Shown here piece by piece: positions 25,373 to 32,000 of a stretch of 32,000 nt of DNA (position 1 is the first letter of the stretch; each line of letters starts with the position of its first letter). The notes beneath the pieces are model-generated. The model was not told the origin of the DNA. It did no database searches and worked only from the letters and a program-made list of their open reading frames with translations. The position numbers were made by a program, and so were the translations under genes. The DNA is from Candidatus Electronema halotolerans (lineage in GTDB: Bacteria > Desulfobacterota > Desulfobulbia > Desulfobulbales > Desulfobulbaceae), in the NCBI GenBank assembly GCA_942493095.1, contig OW818675.1:1290001-1322000 (forward strand). Direction: 5' to 3'.

Positions 25373-26047
25373 ATGAATACAGTCATTGTCATCCCAGTTT
25401 ATAACGAGGCCAAGGTCATCGGCGAGGTGATTGAGGGCGTGCGGGCGCAGGGCTTTGAGCATGTTGTGGTCGTCGATGACGGCAGCAGGGATGACAGCTT
25501 TGTGGTCGCATCCGCTCACGATGCCCTGACTCTGCGGCTGAAGATCAACCGGGGCAAGGGCGCGGCAGTGAAGACCGGCATCATGGCCGCCAATCTTCTT
25601 GATGCGGATGTTGTCGTGACTATGGACGGCGACGGACAGCACGATCCGGCGGATATCCGTCCCCTGATCACCCCGATTCTGGCAGGCCGGAGCGATGTGG
25701 TGCTTGGCTCGCGCCTGCTCAAACGGGAGGCGATGCCCTTCAAGAAGGTCATTGCCAACCGCATCGGCAATGTGCTGACGTGGCTTTTCTACGGCCTGCT
25801 GGTCTCAGACAGTCAGTCCGGCTTCCGGGCCTATTCTCGTTACGCCGCCTTGATCATTGACACTAAAGCGGATAAATACGAATATGACAGCAAAGTCATC
25901 CGGGAGATCAAGAACAACCGGCTGCGCTTCACCGAAGTGCCGGTGCATACCCGCTACACCGAATACGCGAGCACAAAAAAGACCAAGCAGGGCTTGATCA
26001 ACGGGCTGATCACCCTGTACCGGATGATCTGGAAGCTGATTGCCTGA
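25373..26047 (+). CDS. Family 2 glycosyltransferase (polyprenyl-phosphate sugar transferase, GtrB/DPM1-like)
   Basis: The sequence VIVIPVYNEAKVIGEVI...VVVVDDGSRD...TMDGDGQHDP shows the GT-A fold DxD-type motifs. Size is 224 aa. Confidence 0.88.
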   Translation: MNTVIVIPVYNEAKVIGEVIEGVRAQGFEHVVVVDDGSRDDSFVVASAHDALTLRLKINRGKGAAVKTGIMAANLLDADVVVTMDGDGQHDPADIRPLITPILAGRSDVVLGSRLLKREAMPFKKVIANRIGNVLTWLFYGLLVSDSQSGFRAYSRYAALIIDTKADKYEYDSKVIREIKNNRLRFTEVPVHTRYTEYASTKKTKQGLINGLITLYRMIWKLIA

Positions 26048-26068
26048 GTGCAGAGGAGAAACAGAAAC

Positions 26069-26461
26069 GTGCATCTGTATCAAGTAATAGTGGTGGCAAT
26101 TTCATCAGTCATGCTCTATCTCGGCATCAAGGAGTTTGTCAATCGGGAGACCGGCCAGACCCTGCTCAAGCTGGCAGTGCGGCTGGTGGTCTGGGGCGGC
26201 ATGGGCTTAGTCGCCATCTACCCGGATTTCACCCTGATCCTTGCCCGGATCATGGGCGTGGTGGACAATTTCAATGCCGTGGTCCTGATGGGCTTTCTCC
26301 TTGTTTTCCTGCTGATCTTCAAGCTGCTTTCCGCGATTGAGAAGGTTGAGCAGAACATCTCGGAACTGACCCGGAAAGAGGCCTTGAACGAGGCGCACAA
26401 GCGCATTGAGGAGCTGCGGCAGGAAATCAAGGCCAAGAAGAAAGAGCGGGAGACCAGCTGA
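26069..26461 (+). CDS. DUF2304-family small membrane protein (usual partner of GtrB-like GT2)
   Basis: A GTG at 26069 follows a GAGGAG RBS. The alternative GTG at 26048 abuts the GT2 stop. The protein has three TM segments, the AIYPDF...ARIMGVVDNFNAV motif and a C-terminal charged helix. Confidence 0.7.
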   Translation: MHLYQVIVVAISSVMLYLGIKEFVNRETGQTLLKLAVRLVVWGGMGLVAIYPDFTLILARIMGVVDNFNAVVLMGFLLVFLLIFKLLSAIEKVEQNISELTRKEALNEAHKRIEELRQEIKAKKKERETS

Positions 26462-26566
26462 TCCGTTTCAAGCCTGCCTTGCATTCAAGAGCAAAGAACG
26501 GTATGATGCGTTGTTCCGATGCAGCATGATGTTTCCTTAACTCTTTTCCGCAAAGGAGAAACAACA

Positions 26567-26986
26567 ATGATTGAAATCGACAGACGGGATTTTCTCAAGA
26601 CTGCCGCCGCTGCAACTGCCGCCGCTGCGGCTGGTTCTGCTGTGTCCGCCTTTGCCGCCGAGGAGGCTGCGCCGTCGCTGCCCGGCATCATCTACACCAA
26701 AGAGCAGCAGGGCCGATGGGAAGGCAAAGCAGGCGGCCATGCCCCGCAGATCACCGTTGAAGGCGGAAAAGTTTCTCTGATTACCGCTCATCCCATGACA
26801 GCGGCACACTTCATTGTCCGGCACACGCTTGTGCTTGCTGACGGCACGGTTGTCGGCGACAAGACCTTCACGCCCAGCGACAAGCCGGAATCCTCCTACG
26901 AGCTGCCCAAGGACTACAAGGGCAAAATTTGCGCCACCAGCTTCTGCAATCTGCATGATTTCTGGTTGAGCGAGGCCATTGTCTGA
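26567..26986 (+). CDS. Tat-signal superoxide-reductase-like (desulfoferrodoxin Fe-binding domain) protein
   Basis: An AAGGAG RBS precedes the start. The twin-arginine leader is IDRRDFLKTAAAATAAAAAGSAVSAFA. The SOR centre-II ligand contexts GGHAPQI, AHPMTAAHFI and SFCNLHDFW are present. Confidence 0.8.
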   Translation: MIEIDRRDFLKTAAAATAAAAAGSAVSAFAAEEAAPSLPGIIYTKEQQGRWEGKAGGHAPQITVEGGKVSLITAHPMTAAHFIVRHTLVLADGTVVGDKTFTPSDKPESSYELPKDYKGKICATSFCNLHDFWLSEAIV

Positions 26987-27013
26987 GCACCGCCCTGTCC
27001 TTTGTCTTGGCCG

Positions 27014-27047
27014 AGCCGCACCAGTTTTGATGGTGCGGCTTTTTTTT
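27014..27047 (+). terminator. Rho-independent terminator after the SOR-like gene
   Basis: A 10-bp perfect stem, AGCCGCACCA with TGGTGCGGCT, has a 7-nt loop and is followed by T7. Confidence 0.8.
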
Positions 27048-27099
27048 CCTTTGCCCCTGCCGAGTTCTGCCCTGCGTTGCCGCAGTTGAGTTCTGACGC

Positions 27100-28887
27100 A
27101 TGAAACGACGCATTCTTTTTCTTCTGCTGCTGACCGGTGTGGCTGCTGCCGCCCTGTACTGCACGGTCATCCGGCCCAAGATGAGCGGCACCGCCTTCAT
27201 CAAGACACTGGAGGGCAGTGTGCGGGAAGCAGCCCATTCCTCCTGCGTCCGCCAGCTTGTCTCCGGCGACTGGCTCTATCCCCAGCCTCTGGACCCGCTG
27301 ACCTTGGTGCCGCAGGATGCCCTGCTCATGCTTGACACTGCCAATGCCGCTGCGGCTGGCCAGACCTTTCTCCAATCCCGCTTCGGCCAGACCGTGACAG
27401 CGGTCAACTGGCCTGCGGTGCTGAGAAAATTGGATGCGCCGCCGCTCTTGTCCATCATGTTCAAAAAGCAGGCCGCCAGTTTCAAGACTTTGTTGCGCAA
27501 GCCATTTCTTCAAGACATTTTCAGCCGCAGAACCGTCCTTGCCCTGCTGCCGCCGGACAACACAGAGCAGCTCTGGGCCAATCCGGTGCAGCAGCTGCTT
27601 GCTCAGACCATGCTGATCTCTGCTCCGGGCAAGCAAGGAACAACCGCTGCCCTGCTGGCCTTGCGCAAGACAAAGCAGCGGACTGATCTGTTCTATTATC
27701 AAGGCATCAGCATCCTGACCGTGGACTTGGACCAGGGCCGCAGGCTTCATGCCGCCGCGCTGGGCGGGCAGCTCGTCTTTTCCTTCAGCCCGGCTCCCTT
27801 GCAGCGAAGCATTGATGCCTTTATTCGGCATTTCATCTGCAAAAAAAATGGCCTGCTCCGGGTCAGCGACTATGTGGAGATGAAAGCCGCAACAGAGGGG
27901 CAGGATGATTTTTTCCTCTATGCCAACCTTGCCAAACTGAAGCAGCTGCTTGGCCAGCAGGATGAGGCTGCCATGCCGTCCGGCATCCGCAGCATGAGCC
28001 TCTTGCATCAGCGCAGGGAGGAGACAGAATATTTCAAGACCATGATCCGTTTTTCCCCGGAACACCTGCTGCCTTTGCAGAAACAATGTTATACTGCCGA
28101 GCCGCAGCGCGACCGCAGCTTGGCCCTGATGCCCGCCAATCTGCTGCTCTATTTCTGGACCAACTGGCTGGAGCCGGAGTTCTGGCAGCAGGCGGTGCTG
28201 GCCGATGCGGCAGAAAACCAGTTCCTTGCCAGTGCAGAGGCTTGGCTGCGCAAGCAGACCGGCATGGGGCTGGAGGAAACCATTGCTCTGTTCGGGCAGG
28301 AGTTCAGCTTTAACACCAATGAGATCAGCACAGCAGGCTTTTTCCCTGTGCCCCGCCTCTGCTTTGTCTTGGAGGTGCGGGAGCGGAAAAAGGCCGAGCG
28401 TTTTCTCGGCAAGCTGCTGGCTGGTCTGCCGCTCAAACGGAAAAAGGTCAATGGCGCAACCGTGGTCTCACTGCAAGCGGCCAAGGGCATGATGCAGCCC
28501 TCATACACCTTTGTGGACGATTTTCTGATCTTGGCCGACAGCCGGGAGCAGGTGCTTGACATTCTCAGCCCGGACAAGAAAAAAATGCTCCAAGACAGCG
28601 CGTTTCAGGCGGTCAACACGGGCATGACCCAACCCTCGAACCTGCTCGTCTTTGCCCGGGTGGCTGAATTGGTCCATGGCCTCAAAGAGCTGGCTGCCTG
28701 GGCCGGGGCCATGATTGCGGTGCGTGATGAGGAGGCCGGGGCCAAGAGCAAGGTGCTGGTTGATGAGGTCATCTCCCCTGTGCTCGACAGTCTCAGCACC
28801 TTTGCAACCGTCAGTCTGCGCAGTCAGGTCAGGCCGGGCGAGCTGATGCTGGAAACCGCAGCCTGGCGGGATGAGCAGAAAAAATAA
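27100..28887 (+). CDS. Membrane-anchored or secreted protein of unknown function (595 aa)
   Basis: This is the longest ORF in the region. It has the N-terminal hydrophobic anchor MKRRILFLLLLTGVAAAALY and protein-like composition. It may be DUF3352-like, but I cannot verify that by eye. Confidence 0.7.
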   Translation: MKRRILFLLLLTGVAAAALYCTVIRPKMSGTAFIKTLEGSVREAAHSSCVRQLVSGDWLYPQPLDPLTLVPQDALLMLDTANAAAAGQTFLQSRFGQTVTAVNWPAVLRKLDAPPLLSIMFKKQAASFKTLLRKPFLQDIFSRRTVLALLPPDNTEQLWANPVQQLLAQTMLISAPGKQGTTAALLALRKTKQRTDLFYYQGISILTVDLDQGRRLHAAALGGQLVFSFSPAPLQRSIDAFIRHFICKKNGLLRVSDYVEMKAATEGQDDFFLYANLAKLKQLLGQQDEAAMPSGIRSMSLLHQRREETEYFKTMIRFSPEHLLPLQKQCYTAEPQRDRSLALMPANLLLYFWTNWLEPEFWQQAVLADAAENQFLASAEAWLRKQTGMGLEETIALFGQEFSFNTNEISTAGFFPVPRLCFVLEVRERKKAERFLGKLLAGLPLKRKKVNGATVVSLQAAKGMMQPSYTFVDDFLILADSREQVLDILSPDKKKMLQDSAFQAVNTGMTQPSNLLVFARVAELVHGLKELAAWAGAMIAVRDEEAGAKSKVLVDEVISPVLDSLSTFATVSLRSQVRPGELMLETAAWRDEQKK

Positions 28888-29056
28888 GCGGACAGACATG
28901 GAAAACGAATTATATCTTGAAGCAATCCATATTTTTGTGTAACAATAACAGCTCAGACAGCGCGCAGGCCGTTTCCAGCGGCTGCGTTGAGGAAGCAGCG
29001 TCTTTTTCAAAGATACTTCATATATTTATCTCAATATCAACTAGGGAGCAACACAG

Positions 29057-29953
29057 ATGGCTATCACAGTGCAGGCAATCGCCGAGAGCATCAATATCAT
29101 GGGCAAGCGCAGCGGCGGAGCCATGAAGGAGCGGATTCCAGGGCCGATTCAGGAAATGGCGCGGGAGGAGGCTGAGGCCGGCGCATCCTATCTGGACCTC
29201 AACATCGGCCCGGCCCGCAAGGATGGCACAGAGCTGATGCCTTGGATGGTTGAGACGGTGCAGAGCACAGTGGACACGCCGCTCTGTCTGGACACCACCA
29301 ACACTGATGCCATGACCGCAGGCTTCAAGGTGGTCAGCAACAAGACCGGCGCGATCATGAATTCCATTTCCGCCCAGCCGGAGCGGATGGAGAAGCTGAT
29401 CCCTGTGGCTGCCGAGGCGGGCTGCAATGTCATCGCCCTGCTCTGGGGACCGGAAGGCATGCCCCGCGATTACAACGAGCGGGCGGAAATGGCTGTCGGG
29501 CTGATGATGGCTCTGAGCGAGGCTGGCATCCCGAACGAGAAGATGCTTTTTGATCCCATTGCCACCCCGATCACCCTTGGCTCAGATCAGCTTGCCGCTG
29601 GTTTGGATTTTCTGCGGGATTTGCAGGAAATCGCTCCGGGTGCAGGCTCCACGGTCGGGCTGTCCAATGTTTCCAATGGCGTGGCCGAGCACCTGCGCAA
29701 GTATCTCGACCGCACGTATTTGATCATGCTCATGAAGCACGGCATCAAAACCGCGATTGTCAATGCCTATGACAAGGAGCTGATGGCCATCTGCAAGGGC
29801 GAGCAGCAGGATATGGTTGATCTGGTGCATGGCATGATGGACGGCAATGATCCTGATCCTGCCGGTCTGAGCGGTGCCGCGCTGGAGCACTATAAGACCT
29901 ACAAGGTGCTCTCTGGTCAGACCGTGTTTTCCGAGTCCTGGCTGGAGCTGTGA
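29057..29953 (+). CDS. Pterin-binding-domain methyltransferase (methyltetrahydrofolate:corrinoid methyltransferase / AcsE-MetH-like)
   Basis: The sequence IAESINIMGKR...EAGASYLDLNIGP...PLCLDTTN...INSIS...LFDPI...GLSNVSNG matches the pterin-binding TIM-barrel pattern. Confidence 0.75.
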   Translation: MAITVQAIAESINIMGKRSGGAMKERIPGPIQEMAREEAEAGASYLDLNIGPARKDGTELMPWMVETVQSTVDTPLCLDTTNTDAMTAGFKVVSNKTGAIMNSISAQPERMEKLIPVAAEAGCNVIALLWGPEGMPRDYNERAEMAVGLMMALSEAGIPNEKMLFDPIATPITLGSDQLAAGLDFLRDLQEIAPGAGSTVGLSNVSNGVAEHLRKYLDRTYLIMLMKHGIKTAIVNAYDKELMAICKGEQQDMVDLVHGMMDGNDPDPAGLSGAALEHYKTYKVLSGQTVFSESWLEL

Positions 29954-30104
29954 CAGGGGCGGCGCACTTGGTTAGGTGCGCCAGGGATGGAGGCGGCGCC
30001 AAGCCGCCTTTGTCCTGCATGAGAACATACGAAGAGCAACCTGCGGCTGAATCAAGGGCTGGCCGTCTGCCGCCCGGCAAGCCGCGTGTCACAAAGGAGA
30101 ATTC

Positions 30105-31193
30105 ATGAAGACAAACACCCTGCGGAAACCGCTGCTCTGGACAACAGGCATTCTTGCTTTTCTGCTGGTCATGCTTGCCATCAAGATCGCCAATCCAGAA
30201 GCGACCTTGTTGGGGTCAATCGGCCTGATCCTTCTGACAGTGCTGCGCAGTCTGCAATGGCTGCTCGCCCTGTCTCTGGGCGTGCTGTTCTGTCTGATCT
30301 TTCTTTTTGCAGTCTTTTTTGGCGCAGTTGGATTGGCAAGCAAAAAGGAGGCGGCCCGCATGTACGGAGAGCTGCTCAAGACTGTGGGCGGCTGGTGGCA
30401 GCCTGCGCTGAACTGGCTGCCGCAGTGCGACTGCAAGAACCAGCCTCCTGTTGTCAGCTTTGAGCCGGTGCGCCAAGAAGTGCAGACGGATATCAAGGCC
30501 ATCCAAGATCAGCTTCATGCCACCAAAGACCTGCTCTCCGCCAAAGTGGAGCGGCTGTCCGAGCGGATTGACACGCTGGAGGAAATGACCGCCAGCATGG
30601 CTGACAGCGGCCAAGTTGAGAGCCTGCGGCAGGAGGTCAGCGGGGCGATGGACTCCTTGGCCGGAATCCAGAGCGCGGTGGACGGCATGAAGACCTGCGT
30701 GGAGCAGACTGCCGCCCAGTTGAGCGAAGTCACACCGGAGAAAGTGCTCGGCGATCTGCCGGAGCGGCTGCGGACGCTGGAGGAACGGCCCCAGCAGGTG
30801 CTCGACATTGCGCCGTTAGAAAAGGACATTGCCGTCATGCAGGAAGAGCTGGCCTCAGTCCGGGAAAAGGCGGACAAGGCGCTGTCCTCTGCCGCCGCAC
30901 TGCCAGAGCCAAAAACAGAAGAAGCAGCTTCTGCCGCTCCGGTTCAGCAGGAGGATGAGGAACTGCCTGATCAGGCAGGCACTGGCGAGCATCGGATATT
31001 CAGCTACTTTGATGACCCTGCTGACAAGGTCAAGGTGGCGGAAATGGTTGATGCGGCTTTGGATAAGAACATGAATTACAAGCAGGTGATTGATGCGGTG
31101 GTCAAAGGGCTGGGTCCGAAAAAGGGCAAGATCATCAGCTCGCACCCCTCACTGATCAAAGATTACATCCGCAGCTGCCGCAGCACTGATTGA
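30105..31193 (+). CDS. Membrane protein with a long coiled-coil, an acidic linker and a small C-terminal globular domain (unknown function)
   Basis: An AAGGAG RBS precedes the start. The N-terminus has 2-3 TM helices. A heptad-rich region (LSAKVERLSERIDTLEE...) follows, then an E/A/P-rich linker. Confidence 0.7.
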   Translation: MKTNTLRKPLLWTTGILAFLLVMLAIKIANPEATLLGSIGLILLTVLRSLQWLLALSLGVLFCLIFLFAVFFGAVGLASKKEAARMYGELLKTVGGWWQPALNWLPQCDCKNQPPVVSFEPVRQEVQTDIKAIQDQLHATKDLLSAKVERLSERIDTLEEMTASMADSGQVESLRQEVSGAMDSLAGIQSAVDGMKTCVEQTAAQLSEVTPEKVLGDLPERLRTLEERPQQVLDIAPLEKDIAVMQEELASVREKADKALSSAAALPEPKTEEAASAAPVQQEDEELPDQAGTGEHRIFSYFDDPADKVKVAEMVDAALDKNMNYKQVIDAVVKGLGPKKGKIISSHPSLIKDYIRSCRSTD

Positions 31194-31199
31194 TTTTTG

Positions 31200-32000
31200 T
31201 AAGGGCGAAAGTAACTACTCAGGCATCCGCCAAGCCTCTTGACAAAATCAACAGGTAAAGATTATGCTGCCGTTATGAATTTCAGTGTTCCTAGTGAAAA
31301 AGAAGTCCGTGCTGCATACGCAGAAGGCGAAGAAGCGGTCGTCGCCCTGTTTAGCAGTATAACTGCGCAGGTTGAAAACCTCGCCGCTCAGTCAGCCAAG
31401 CAGTCCGAGATATTGAAGGATTTGCAGGCCCGGCTGTCGAAAAACAGTCGGAACAGCGGGAAACCGCCTTCGAGCGATGGATACGGTAAAGCGAAGCGAA
31501 CGGAAAGTCTGAGAGAGTCCGGCAGGAAGCCGAACGGCGGCCAGCCAGGTCATCAAGGGCATACTCTTGAGCGGTCTGCGGCACCGGATTCTACGGAGAG
31601 GTATAAACCCGAGGAATGCGCGGCTTGCAAAATGTCGCTTGCGGATGTCGTCGCTGTCGGAGAGGAGGAACGGCAGGTTTATGATATTCCGGCGATTCGG
31701 ATTGAAGTGACCTCGCATCGAGCGGAAATAAAAATCTGTCCCGGCTGCGGCACGGAAAACAGAGGCAAATTCCCGGAAAACGTCGGACAGGGCATCCGTT
31801 ACGGCACGGGGGTGAAAACTTGGGCGGCATATTTCGCGAACCAGCATCATATTCCGCTTGAACGGGCTGCGCAGATTATCGAAGACCTGACCGGGCATTC
31901 CGTCTCCGAGGGTTCGCTGCTGAAGGCATCGGAAGAGCTTTGCGGATGCGTGCGTCCTTCAACGGAAGCAGTCGAAAAACTGCTCATGAATACCGATGTG
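31200..32000 (+). mobile_element. IS66-family insertion sequence, left end and 5' part (continues beyond the window)
   Basis: A candidate left terminal repeat begins GTAAGGGCG at 31200; many IS66-family ends start with GTAA. The transposase ORF starts 75 nt downstream. Confidence 0.65.
31275..32000 (+). CDS. IS66-family transposase (TnpC-type), 3'-truncated by the window edge
   Basis: The frame is open from the ATG at 31275 to the window end (242 codons). It contains LKDLQARLSKNSRNSGKPPSSDG, GGQPGHQGHTL and a zinc-ribbon CAACK...CPGCG, all typical of the IS66 TnpC N-terminus. The ORF is absent from the track because it has no stop in the window. Confidence 0.9.
   Translation, partial: MNFSVPSEKEVRAAYAEGEEAVVALFSSITAQVENLAAQSAKQSEILKDLQARLSKNSRNSGKPPSSDGYGKAKRTESLRESGRKPNGGQPGHQGHTLERSAAPDSTERYKPEECAACKMSLADVVAVGEEERQVYDIPAIRIEVTSHRAEIKICPGCGTENRGKFPENVGQGIRYGTGVKTWAAYFANQHHIPLERAAQIIEDLTGHSVSEGSLLKASEELCGCVRPSTEAVEKLLMNTDV

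Noticed and set aside
25271-25642. A 123-aa minus-strand ORF spanning the palindrome array and the 5' end of the GT2 gene.
   Set aside because: It is antisense to a well-supported GT2 gene and starts within the repeat array. It has no RBS or motifs.
26914-28086. A 390-aa ORF on the minus strand.
   Set aside because: It overlaps the 3' end of the SOR-like gene, a strong terminator and the 595-aa + strand ORF. The + strand ORF is longer, has an N-terminal anchor and has more protein-like composition.

Overview
This looks like a chromosomal segment from a diderm bacterium; I cannot assign a species. Core genes are about 53-67% GC in hand-counted samples and are interrupted by AT-rich accessory DNA. 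No rRNA, tRNA or CRISPR array was recognised.

Gene order, left to right:
- The 3' 2 kb of a very large collagen-like (Gly-X-Y) gene built from near-identical 99/108/117-bp modules, followed by a membrane-anchored TPR protein.
- An ArsR regulator and an RND/MMPL exporter.
- A roughly 4.7-kb AT-rich islet. It holds an ABC-ATPase/Toprim (OLD- or PARIS-like) gene split by an IS630 element, an array of about 18 x 21-bp repeats, a frameshifted zinc-ribbon antitoxin-like gene, a DUF2442 gene, and an antitoxin/PIN pair.
- A LolA-like protein, an outer-membrane beta-barrel and a DUF2892 protein. These probably belong with the exporter.
- nadE, then a Cys-rich peptidoglycan-binding secreted protein.
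- DUF3108-pbpC, convergent with mpl.
- A lipoprotein, then an overlapping TtcA-like/DUF89 pair.
- A low-GC methyltransferase, followed by five palindromes at an exact 23-bp period.
- GT2-DUF2304 and a Tat-signal superoxide-reductase-like protein.
- A 595-aa membrane-anchored protein, a pterin-binding methyltransferase and a membrane coiled-coil protein.
- The start of an IS66-family element.

The most notable observations are:
- The IS-disrupted defence-type gene is restorable by exact in-silico excision.
- Two periodic palindromic repeat arrays are not explained by any ORF.
- The collagen-like gene is hyper-repetitive.
- The Cys-rich protein is a candidate envelope component.

All family assignments come from motif recognition by eye. 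No searches were run.
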